A DNA stretch of 64,000 nucleotides from Phaeosaccion multiseriatum. Lineage: Eukaryota; Protista; Ochrophyta, other classes. Below, piece after piece: positions 19,201 through 30,636 of the stretch; within the stretch, counting starts at the first letter, position 1; every line of letters starts with the position of its first letter. Position numbers and translations under genes: made by a program. The DNA is taken from assembly GCA_965112735.1 (NCBI GenBank), contig OZ218955.1:3286001-3350000 (forward strand). Reading direction: 5' to 3'. The notes beneath the pieces are model-generated. The model was not told where the DNA came from and made no database searches. It was given only the letters and a program-made list of their open reading frames with translations.

Positions 19201-22200
19201 CCCTCTCCCTCTCTTCGCCTTCTTCGCTCTTTCTCTCTCACTCCTCTCTCTCTCTCTCTCTCGATGATGATGACGATGATGATACCCTGCCGCTGGCTGA
19301 CCTACCTGCCCCTACTCTCCTACTTGCCCACATGCCTGCGTCACGAACCCACCCACTTGCCTGCCCCACTCAGGACTACGACGGTCTCGATGACGATGAC
19401 CAAGAGCACGCTGTGGGCATCACGGAGGGCAGGCGAGGGGGAGAAAAAGGCACAGTGGAGCTCAGAGGGCTTGAAAAGGTCAGTGTGGGTTTTGTTCCTT
19501 GCTTCAGCGCGAGATTTTCTTTCCTCGCTCTGGTCTTTCTTTCTCCTCTCGACTCTATAGCCTCCGTGGGGTGCTCCGCCCCACTGAACCAACAACTCCG
19601 CTTTGCTCTCTTCACTCACGTCTCCGCACTTCTCCCTCCGTCCGGCCTCCCTCTCCCCAATACGTGGTCACCCGCACCCCTCCCTGTCTCTTGCCCCTCT
19701 CCACTGGATCGTCACATTTGCCCCTCAATCGCTCTTGCCTATCTCCACTCCTTCAGATCAAGAAGATCAAGTCTTGGACCCAGGGGCACAAAGACAAGAA
19801 AAGGGAGATGCTCGGGACAGTGGCACAGGTGTGTGTGTGTGCGCGTGTGTGTGCGTGTGCTGCTCTGTGCCTCTCCTCCTCCCCCCCACCCCGCCTCCTG
19901 TTCCTCCCCCATCTCCCCCCCCTTATGCCGCTGGACTTACTCGGCCCACTCACTCACCCACCCACCCACTCACTCACTCAATTCATCACTCACTTATCCA
20001 CCTACTCACTCACTCAATCCATCACTCACTTACCCACCCACTCACTCGCCCACTCGACCCACGCGACCACAGATCCACAGGGAGGGAAAGGACAAGCACA
20101 TGGGCTGCTGGGGGGCAAAGAGGTCCTTCACAGAGACCTTGAGAGACGACAACACGCCAGGTGGGTCGGTCAGAGAGGTTTAAGCGGCTCCTGAGCTCGC
20201 GCTCTCACCCTGCCTACTACGTACGGATAGCGAGCGGCGTTGGCCTTCCCTGTAAGGCCACCCATCCCTTGATCTTGTTCGTCTCTCACCCTGCTTTCGT
20301 CTACCTACTACCTACTACCTACCCTCTGTATCACCAACTGCTGCAGGCTGGGTGAGCGTGCTGGGCCCCTACCGCCGCGTGTACCGTCGCCTCATGCGTC
20401 CCAATCAGCCGTGCCCCTACATTGTCATCGGCTCGGGCTCGGGCTGCTCCCTTCTGTTGGACTTTGTCTACTGGGTAAGAGAGCTGCCTAACAGACCACC
20501 TCTTTCACCCTTCTCCTCCCTTCCCCTCCATCTCTCTCTCTCTCACTCCCTCTCCCTCTTCTGGCTCTCTCACACACACTCCCACCTTCCACTCCTCTCA
20601 TCACTTTAAACCCCTTTCCCTGACCGTGTGTGTGCGTGTGTGTGTGCGTGCGTGCGTGCGTGCGTGTGATGAACCAAACAAACAGGTGCGCGAGAAGCAC
20701 GAGAGCACCGACGAGAACGACCGCCTCCGCTACCCCGTGCACATTGTGTTCACCACTTCAAGCAGAGCCCTGCTCCTCTTCGTGAGTGACGTTCTGTTCA
20801 AGGTGGCGAGTCAGGTGCCGCTTCTCACCTGCGCACTTCACCTCACATCCAAGGACTTCGAGAACACCGGTGAGTGAGTTGGTGATACAGAGGGAGAAAG
20901 AGACGAAAGGGAGGGGCGCGCTGTGCATCGCTGGAAGAGTGGGGCAAGTGACGGCAAGGCCTCATTCTTCTCTCTCTCTCCCCCGCCCCTCTCCCTCTGC
21001 CTCTCTCTCTCGCACACACATACACCGTACCCCCCCCCCCCCCTGTAACAACACACAATAGGCACGGCCGTCCTCGAAACCGACAAGGCGCTGGGCACCT
21101 CCATCGACCCCAACCGCGTCCTGTACGGCTCCAAGGGAAACGTCATGGGGTACATGGTGTCAAACAGGCACCTCAACCCCGCTGCCGTGGAGGAGGAGAA
21201 AAGGGTGAGTGAGAGAGTGAGAGGGTATGTGTGAGGGAGGGAGGGAGAGTAAGCGGGTGTGTGGGTGGGTGGGTGAGGTAGGTACGCGTGCACTTGCTTC
21301 CTTCCCTCCCCCCTTCCCTTCACATCCGCCCTCGACCTTTGGCTTCTCTCTCCTCCACTCCTACTTAACCTTCCTACCCTCTCCCTCCCTCCCCTCCCCT
21401 CCCCTCCCCCCAGGACGTCGAAGCGGCTGACGAAGACTTCGAAGACGATTCTTCGAAGGACTTGCCTGCCAAGGGCCTTCGCTGGGCCGGCATTACCCGC
21501 GCGAGATCGAAGCATGGGCTGGGCGCAAGCGCCAGTCAGGTGTTCATTTACGCTCCAGAGAAGCTCGACATCCCTGCCCAGGCGGGGCTGACCACCATCA
21601 ACACATCCAACGCTCAGGTCAGTGGGCGTCGCGTAGAACGTGGTGTACTGCTGTATCACCAACTTGCTTGCTTGCGTGCTGCTTGATGACTCGCCTGGCC
21701 TTTTTCTCCTTCCAGCCACCACGCGCCTTGTATCCACTACCTCTCTCTCTCTCCACCCCACTCTCCCCCTCTCTCTCTGTCCGGCTGTCTGTCTGGCTGG
21801 CTCTGTATATGCATATATCTTCATCTGTCTTCTCACGAGTCAATTCTTCGCCACTATGCTCACGCACGCACATACACACACACGCACACACACACAGGAG
21901 ACGGCCGCCTACCAGAGCACTCTGGAGGTGGGCAGGTTCGAGCTCAACGACGTGCTCATGGAAAGCGATCCCTCCACGGAGATCTGTAAGTCATCCATGC
22001 GAAGTAGCTACCACAGATACCCACACACGTACACACGCATGCACCCACGCACGCGTACGAGAGGGCCCGTTCTGTCGCTCTGGAGCATCCCCACTGGTTC
22101 GGAGATTACGTTATGTGGAGGGGGTTCGGTACGACATGAAGGCTCAAATAGACTCTCTCCCTCCTTCCCCTTTTTTCTCGCTCACGTCCCTGACTCCCTC

Positions 22201-22407
22201 TCCTTCCCTCCTCCCCTCCCTCCCTCCCTCCCTCGCTCCTCCCCTCCCGCCCGCCGCTCCTCCCCCTATGCTTGCCTCTCCGTCTGCCCTGCCGTGCGCA
22301 CCCCTCCCTCGACAGACTTCTGCGGCAGCATCGCTCTGTACGGAATCTTCAAGAACAAGTGCAACAAGGCCAACCGCGCCTTCTACAGCGACACCCCGTA
22401 CCTATGA
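16289..22407 (+). CDS. Ferric reductase / NADPH-oxidase (FRE/NOX) family flavocytochrome, divergent, many exons
   Basis: TM helices with the His pair HKYLGFIFMGVLIVH and YFNFTQ|GLH, then LYAFDRII, FAD motif KHPFT, VSVLGPY, NAD(P) motif IVIGSGSGCS, and C-terminal GRFELNDVL..FCGS. Stop at 22407. Confidence 0.8.
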
Positions 22408-22812
22408 CCAGCCACAGTACCACCACCACCACCACCACCACCACCTCATAAACATCATCATCATCGTCATCATCATCACTACCATCATCATCATCATCAT
22501 CATCATCATCATGGTATCGTCACAAGGCCGGGCTAGAGGCCCAGCCATACAGCCGCAACTTCCAATGTGGCTCGAAAACGCCCTCCTTGCTCAACGCCCT
22601 ACAATGGTATACCTTCGCCTTCATCGGCGCGTCCAGGGAGGTACTTGTAGATATTGTTGGCGGGATGGGGACTAGAGAAGAGGGAGGGAGGGTGGGTAGG
22701 GGACGTATCTGTTCAAAGTGCATTGTGGGGGGGGGGGATCTCTTCGTTTCTTGACTTTGGCCTTCACGGCCGAGGGGTGGGGAGGGAGAGGTATATATAT
22801 AAAGAAAGAGAT

Positions 22813-22894
22813 GGAAAGAGCCTGGTGATTGATTGATTCATCGGCCGGGATGACGGAAAGAGCCTGGTGATTGATTGATTCATCGGCCGGGATG
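22813..22894. repeat. 42-bp tandem duplication (2 copies)
   Basis: GGAAAGAGCCTGGTGATTGATTGATTCATCGGCCGGGATG starts at 22813 and 22855. Confidence 0.9.
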
Positions 22895-24385
22895 GAATAG
22901 AAGGCGTGTGGGTTGAAGGTTGACTTCAGCAGCACTGTGTCAGGCCCCTTGTCGGGCCATTCTATGTGTTCGGGCAGTTAAGTGTTTGGAGGAGTGTAGT
23001 TTGTAGTTTCGGAGTACCGCAAGAGTAGGAAACGGGGGGGAGGGCGGAAGGTGAAAAAAAGTACACCTTATTTCAATGTAACACCTCCCTTCTCTTCGCG
23101 CGGTACTGTACTGGTCGCTCTTGTCGTTCTTGTCCTCTGCGCGGACTCATCCCCGGATCAGTTACCCTCATTTGCTCCTTTCATGCTGCGAAAAAATCCA
23201 TCGGCTGTGTACGAAGACCTCCGTGGGGAGGGGAGGCAGGCAAAGAAGGGCGACGAGCTTCAGCTAGCGTTGGTTGAGCTGCAACCTGTAGGCGAAGCAC
23301 CAGGCTGAACTTAACTGCCCCACACGGCTCCCATTCTTGTTGGGCTTCCACCGAGAGAAGCCCCTCAGCCCTTCATTGTCGCGCGAGTCTCACGTTGCTC
23401 GGTCCCGTCAAACTCGCTCAAGTAACTCTTGTTGCTTAGTACCTCCTCGAACTCCTCGAGGTGCCCCTGACAGCTCTCCCTCTCCTCACAAGGACGCGCT
23501 TGCTGCAACGGGGTTCGGCAGTGCTGCGTGCCTCGATCAGCTCAGCTCTGGACCCGCCCGAAGCGCTCACTTCTCCTCCATCTTGCTCAGCGTCGCTCGT
23601 TCCCCACCCGTGCAGGAGGAGGGACGGAGGATAGGGGGATTAGCCATTCTTTTTGAGGGGGGCTGAGCCTGGCGCGGGAAGCAAGAGGCAGCCGAGAGAC
23701 AACGACATACATCAACATTTTCGTTACTTCACGTTGATAACTGCTCCACGGGAGTGCACTGCGGGCACTGCAGTAGTCTTCGCTCGAGTGAAGCTTCTTC
23801 TCACGCCCCCCCCGAGCTGCTTGACAGCAGGCCGTAGGGTGCCATCCTCTCTCCCTCGCCCCTACCCGCGTCGAGCGCGTGACCCTCCGCCTCCTCCGCT
23901 CAGTCTGCCTCATGGCCAGTGACGGACAGCGACGAACACCGTCAGGGGACGTGTGAGAAGAAAGGGGCTTGGTACACACTCCTCCATTAGGGCGAGGGAG
24001 TGGTGCTCTGACAGACTTGTCGCGTGCAACATGTGAAGAGAGAGAGAAAGTTTCGGCCACACCATAACCTCAATGTTGAAGGCTTGTTGTTGGTGGGCTA
24101 CATTAACACCAAACCTGACCCTTCGATTGCCCTTCTGCCTCTCTCTCATTCTCTTTTTCGCTCTGCACGTGGGTGCGTGTGGGGCAGGGGGAGCGTAAAT
24201 GCAAATTTCCCCGAGGGGGGTTCAGACGCTCTTCCACCCCTTAGCGCCGCCTTTCCCTTCCCTCCCTCCCAGCGAGCGCCCTCTCTCACGACCGGCTTGC
24301 TGACCTCATATCGCTCGAGCCTATCACGCCTCGCCCCCGCCCTCTTCTTCCTCTGCTATACCTCCTCAGAGAGTGGGTCATTCCA

Positions 24386-26329
24386 ATGATGAAGAAAAGC
24401 AGCCATGTCGGCACGCCCTCAGGCAAATGGCAGCGCCAGTGCCAGCGACTGCGCAAGCGGGCGGAAGACAAGAGCAGGCACAATCAGGACGCCGCAGCGG
24501 GGCCTCGGGAGCCCGTTCACAATACCCGCGCCCAGACTCGGAGGCAGACCCAGGAAGCGGCGGCGCTGTTCACCAACCTTCCCCGCGGTCTCATGGCTCA
24601 CGCATCCTCCTTCCTCCCCGCGGATGGGGTGCTGGCTCTGTCTGCCTCCTGCTGGGAGTCCCGCGAAGTGGTGGACTCGGTGGTGGAGTGCTGGACGACG
24701 GCCATGGCGGACCTCGACCCCTTCGCCACGCTCGGACCGGCAAAGGTCAGTCGTCTACTCCCGCCTTTGTACTGCATCATCGATGAATGAACTCTCTGCG
24801 GGTCGTTCCATTCACAATCCGTCCCCTACGCGCCTCTCCCCCTTTCCTAGGTGCTCGAGGCGATGGACAGCTCTCGCTGGGGAGGCTTCCTGGCCCTAGC
24901 TGCGGCTCTGGGTGACTCATCCTGCAGCGCTTCGGTGGGAGGCAAACGAGCAAGGCGCTGCCAGAAGAAGGCAGTGTACTTCAGCACCAGTCATTGCGAC
25001 AGAAGGATTTGCCACACGCATTACAGAGAGCTACCCCAAGCCTGTCTCGATGCGCGTGGGAGGTCTGATGGCGAGGAGACCAGAGAAGCGGGGGAAAGAC
25101 AGGAGCACACCACCAGGCGGGAAGCACCGAGGCGGCCACGGCCAACGGGAAACCACCCACTGCTGCCCAACCTCAGCAGGAAGGCAAGGGTGGTATGGGC
25201 GAGACAGTTGAGGAGGAGGAAGAGTTCGCCGTCTTGATGAACGCGTTCATGTACGACAAGGAGCCGACAGTGGAGGTCTCCACGGAGAAGGAGCTCCGGC
25301 GCTTCGCATCTGAGCACCTCTTCCGCGAGCAGCAAGGCGTCTGCATGAAGCTCACGGCGTACATCGAGCTGACCGGTGACGAGCCTCTGATGCTTGGCGG
25401 TGGTGTCCGCGTGAGAGGACCGAGTCTCGCCGAGAGGGAAGAGGAGGAACGACGAACTGGCAGTGGCAATGGGCCCAGCAGCAGCAGCAGCGGCCGCGGC
25501 GTCTTCGGGCCACGCGCAATGCTTCGGTGCCCTCGTGTCGGCATTTTTAGTCCCTCGAGCCCCGTCTTCGCAACGGGGTGCTTCCTTGAGGACATCAGAG
25601 TCGTCACAGGCACGAGCCCGTACGGAGGATGCGAGTGCGAGTGTTGCGCGGAGGAGGAAAGTGAACCCACTTTTTTCCCTGCCGTTGAGACCTCTGGACT
25701 GGGCTGTATACTGCGCGGTTGCGATGTGGAGGCGAGGCAGGCAAGTTTTCCCCAAAGTCAACCACTTGCCCCCAGCCACTGCCCCCCCCCTTCTCTCTCT
25801 ACATGCTGACTGCCGTTAGCACACGGCAGCGCCGCCGCTGCAAGAAGAATCGCAAGCTCTCTTCAGCTCGCTCTACGGCCCTTCTTGCCTTCTCCTCTAT
25901 TCGCAGCTGCCTCTCACCTCCTCCTCATTCGTCACCCCCATACCCCAACACTCACAGGGCACGGCCATCATGGTAAATGAAGCCGATATCGCCGTAGAGC
26001 AGTGCTCCATTTCCTCCGAGCTGCTGGGGATGGTCCTGAAGAACGAGTCGAAGGAGGTACACCCCTCAGCGAGCTACAAAGCCACTCTGCGAGGCTGTAC
26101 CATCACGGACACCATGTGGGGAGCCTTTCTGGGCGAAGACATTAGCGACGAGAGCAAGAGGGCTGTGTTGGCTGCCAATACATTTGTCGGCAACTCTATG
26201 CACGAGACAGATATCACGACCATGTATGAGTACAAAGGCTTCAGGGCGAATCCGTGGAGGAGGGGATGGACATACAAGGTGGACCCCTCCTCCCCAGCCT
26301 CGGGCGAGAAGCAGGGGGGAGCGCCTTAG
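24386..26329 (+). pseudogene. F-box-like / right-handed beta-helix protein, copy A; 5-bp insertion frameshift in exon 2
   Basis: Exons 24386-24744, 24851-25740 and 25958-26329. Copy A reads AGGAGCACACCACCAGGCGG at ~25101 where copy B reads AGGAGCACCAGGCGG. This splits exon 2 into ORFs 24851-25237 and 25195-25809. Confidence 0.65.
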
Positions 26330-27658
26330 GGGGCTTATCTGCGGCTTGTGTGTCACACAGCGCTCGACAGAGTGACCCTCCGTAGCTTGTTGGGATCAGA
26401 GCGAGAGCAAGGGGGAGGTTTGAGGAACTGTCCAATAAGCCCAGAGGCAGCCGAGCGCGGATGAGTCCGAGCTGAGTCCCGGTCAGAGCTCTTGGGGAGG
26501 AAGAGCAGAGGCGATGGAGCTGCTTCGTACTACAGTAGGAGCTCGAGATAGGGGGGGGGGGGGGCTTGGTGATTGTCGCGTCCAAAGCTGTGCCCCTCTC
26601 CGCACTGTAAGAGTAAGTACACGTGAATCCCACCATGACTGCTGATGGGGTGAGAGCCGTCAGGGCCAGATCGAGGAGGAGGAGGAGGAAGCGAAAGGCT
26701 CCCTTGGAGTCCCTTGGATAGGCTCAGTGCCCAGTGGGTTCGCTGCTCTCCTTTCCCCTCATTGAAGCCGACTTGAGAATGGCTGCATTGAATCATAGTA
26801 GGGGAAGCTAATTAAAGAAAAGAGGGCAATGCACACCGAGCTAGGATGGACCCTCGAGGCGGTGGTGAGCTCGCTAGAGTGCCCAGCAGTTGAGGAGTTG
26901 TGATTCGCTGAGATGGCCACTCTTCATCCACCATCAGCGAGCGGCACGCAGACGGCGGAGATGATAGAAGCATCCCTCCACTCCCCTGCTCTGCTGTCGA
27001 GTGCAGCCTCCCCTGCCGTATCGTCCCTTCGCCCTCGACCCCGTGCCGCGTGAGCGCCCCACTGTCACGGAGCTGCTGGTCGCTTCACAGCTGCCTGGCC
27101 TCCCCTCCCCACTTGCTCTCGTACACTACCTAACCCGCCCACTACTCCACCTACCCACCTCCTACCAACCTACCTACCCATCTGCCGACCTTCCTACCTA
27201 ACCACCCACCCACCCACCCACCCACCCACTAACCAACCAACCAATCTACTACCACCTCATCTAAGACATTCACGACGTCCGAGGAGTCCCCTACATCTGT
27301 CTTGACACCCGGCCGTGGGTCTTCATCGTCGTCCGCTTCGACCCCTCGTCGGCAGTTGGCGTCCTCTGCCAGAGGTTGCCTCCCCACCCGCAGCTTCTGC
27401 TTCTCTGCAGCTGCCACCGCAGCAAGACGCGAAAGGCACAGAGGAGCCCTTCCCCTCGTCAAATGCCTCGCCCTTGCCCTTCTATGTCAATCGCCGGTTG
27501 CGCTGTGCCCTCCTCCCACAAAGGAACGAAGCTACTAAGGCGTCGGTCTCGCTCTCCAGTGGTGCAGAGAGTGCACCCTTGCCGGTGGGCGACAGCCTGC
27601 CTCTGCCTCCCATGGCGCCCCCTCTGAGCTTCCTCGGGCTGATCGCTGCTTTGTCCAA

Positions 27659-29632
27659 CTACGAGAAGGAGGAGGTTCCCTCGCTCGAAGGACAGGAAGA
27701 AAGAACTGTCCATCCCCTCCTCCATGGATTCACGCTGAAGCCTTTGTCCTCATACATTGTCGAGATATCTGTCTCGTGCGTAGAGTTGCCGACAAAGGTA
27801 TTGGCAGCCAACACAGCCCTCTTGCTCTCGTCGCTAATGTCTTTACCCAGAAAGGCTCCCCACATGGTGTCCGTGATGGTACAGCCTCGCAGAGTGGCTT
27901 TGTAGCTCGCTGAGGGGTGTACCTCCTTCGACTCATTCTTCAGGACCATCCCCAGCAGCTCGGAGGAAATGGAGCACTGCTCTATGGCGATATCGGCTTC
28001 ATCCACCAAGATGGCCGTGCCCTTTGAGTGTTCAATGACAAAATTTTGCCGGGATGGTGGGGGTTGGGGGGTGGGGGTGGCGAACGAGGAGGAGGTGAAA
28101 GGCAGCGACGAACAGTGGAGAACGCAAGAAGAGAGAGAGAGAGAGAGTTGAAGAGAGCTTGCGATTCTTCTTGCAGCGGCGGCGCTGCCGTGTGCTAACG
28201 GCAGTCAGCATGTAGAGAGAGAGAGGGGGGGGGTAGTGGCTGGGGGTAAGCGGTTGACTTGGGGGAAACTTGCCTGCCTCGCCTCCACATCGCAACCACG
28301 CAGTATGCAGCCCAGTCCAGAGGTCTCAACGGCAGGGAAAAAAGTGGGTTCGCTGTCCTCATGCCACCCCTCCTCGCAACACTCGCACTCCCATCCTCCG
28401 TACGGGCTCGTGCCTGTGACGACTCTGATGTCCTCAAGGAAGCACCCCGTTGCGAAGACGGAGCTCGAGGGACTAAAAATGCCGACACGAGGGCACCGAA
28501 GCATTGCACGTGACCCGAAGACGCCGCCGCCGCTGCTGCTGCTGCTGGGCCCATTACCACTGCCAGTTCGTCGTTCCTCCTCTTCCCTCTCGGCGAGACT
28601 CGGTCCTCTCACGCGGACACCACCGCCAAGCATCAGAGGCTCGTCACCGGTCAGCTCGATGTACGCCGTGAGCTTCATGCAGACGCCTTGCTGCTCGCGG
28701 AAGAGGTGCTCAGATGCGAAGCGCCGGAGCTCCTTCTCCGTGGAGACCTCCACTGTCGGCTCCTTGTCGTACATGAACGCGTTCATCAAGACGGCGAACT
28801 CTTCCTCCTCCTCAACTGTCTCGCCCATGCCACCCTTGCCTTTCTGCTGAGGTTGGGCAGCAGTGGGTGGTTTCCTGTTGGCCGTGGACGCCTCGGTGCT
28901 TCCCGCCTGGTGCTCCTGTCTTTCCTCCGCTTCTGTGGTCTCCTCGCCATCAGACCTCCCACGCGCTTCGAGACAGACTTGGGGTAGCTCTCTGTAATGC
29001 GTGTGGCAAATCCTTCTGTCGCAATGACTGGTGCTGAAGTACACTGCCTTCTCCTGGCAGCGCCTTGCTCGTTTGCCTCCCACCGAAGCGCTGCAGGATG
29101 AGTCACCCAGAGCCGCAGCTAGGACCAGGAAGCCTCCCCAGCTAGGGCTATCCATCGCCTCGAGCACCTAGGCAAAGGGGCGAGGCGCGTAGCGGACGGA
29201 TTGTGAATAGAACGACCCGCAGAGAGTTCATTCAACAATGATGCAGTACAAAGGCGGGAGTAGACGACTGACCTTTGCCGGTCCGAGCGTGGCGAAGGGG
29301 TCGAGGTCCGCCATGGCCGTCGTCCAGCACTCCACCACCGAGTCCACCACTTCGCGGGACTCCCAGCAGGAGGCAGACAGAGCCAGCACCCCATCCGCGG
29401 GGAGGAAGGAGGATGCGTGAGCCATGAGACCGCGGGGAAGGTTGGTGAACAGCGCCGCCGCTTCCTGGGTCTGCCTCCGACTCTGGGCGCGGGTCTTGTG
29501 AACGGGCTCCCGAGGCCCCGCTGCGGCGTCCTGATTGTGCCTGCTCTTGTCTTCCCCCCGCTTGCGCAGTCGCTGGCGCTGGCGCTGCCGTTTGCCTGAG
29601 GGCGTGCCGACATGGCTGCTTTTCTTCATCAT
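27659..29632 (-). CDS. F-box-like N-terminus + right-handed beta-helix (pectin-lyase-like/NosD-type) C-terminus, copy B (intact)
   Basis: F-box-like LFTNLPRGLMAHASSFLPADGVLALSASCWESREVV. Beta-helix-like repeats GCFLEDIRV, CILRGCDV, IAIEQCSI, TLRGCTITDTMWGAFL and ANTFVGN. Three exons; exon 2 is a continuous ORF (28274-29167). Confidence 0.65.
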
Positions 29633-30485
29633 TGGAATGGCCAACTCTCTGAGGAGGTATAGCAGAGGAACAAGAGGGCGGGGGCGAGGCGTGATAGGCT
29701 CGAGCGATATGAGGTCAGCAAGCCGGTCGTGAGAGAGGGCGCTCGCTGGGAGGGAGGGAAGGGAAAGGCGGCGCTAAGGGGTGGAAGAGCGTCTGAACCC
29801 CCCTCGGGGAAATTTGCATTTACGCTCCCCCTGCCCCACACGCACCCACGTGCAGAGCGAAAAAGAGAATGAGAGAGAGGCAGAAGGGCAATCGAAGGGT
29901 CAGGTTTGGTGTTAATGTAGCCCACCAACAACAAGCCTTCAACATTGAGGTTATGGTGTGGCCGAAACTTTCTCTCTCTCTTCACATGTTGCACGTGACA
30001 AGTCTGTCAGAGCACCACTCCCTCGCCCTAATGGAGGAGTGTGTACCAAGCCCCTTTCTTCTCACACGTCCCCTGACGGTGTTCGTCGCTGTCCGTCACT
30101 GGCCATGAGGCAGACTGAGCGGAGGAGGCGGAGGGTCACGCGCTCAACGCGGGTAGGGGCGAGGAAGAGAGGATGGCACCCTACAGCCTGCTGTCAAGCA
30201 GCTCGGGGGGGGGGCGCGAGAAGAAGCTTCACTCGAGCGAAGACTACTGCAGTGCCAAAAGTACACATGAGGTGATGACACTGTTTGTAGGTCTATTTTG
30301 GGGAGTTGAGACATCGATATTGCCTGCGGAGGGGACTACACTTGACAGCATTGTTGGAAGCCCCCCCCCTTACGTAAAATCGATTACCCACTCTCGAAAA
30401 CAGACCTCCTCTTCGACCTGTCGAACACCTAAATACTAAGCCCTCCCAGAGGGAGACAGAGTGTATCACCCTTTGCTGCACCACG

Positions 30486-30589
30486 CTACACCTTGCTCTC
30501 CCGGATGAGGCCCGCCAGGGCACCGGAGAACTTGTGCATAGGGAAGCCCATGACGTTGAAGTAGCACCTGTTGACGGACCCGTGACGGA

Positions 30590-30636
<47 letters not shown>

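Larger units (their letters stand above)
23764..30256. repeat. Large inverted duplication: arms ~23764-26272 and ~27707-30256, spacer ~1.4 kb
   Basis: The arms are reverse complements. ORFs 24024-24389(+) and 29629-29994(-) are almost identical, and ORFs 24598-24780(-) and 29238-29420(+) are identical. Confidence 0.97.

Noticed and set aside
22813-22894. Possible CRISPR-like repeat
   Set aside because: Two adjacent copies, no spacers, eukaryotic context, no cas genes.
27001-27201. ALDPVPRERPTVTELL resembling kinase subdomain XI in the inverted-repeat spacer
   Set aside because: No other kinase motifs found nearby; too short to support.
23764-30256. Inverted arms as transposon TIRs
   Set aside because: The arms contain host-like spliced genes; no transposase or target-site duplication seen.
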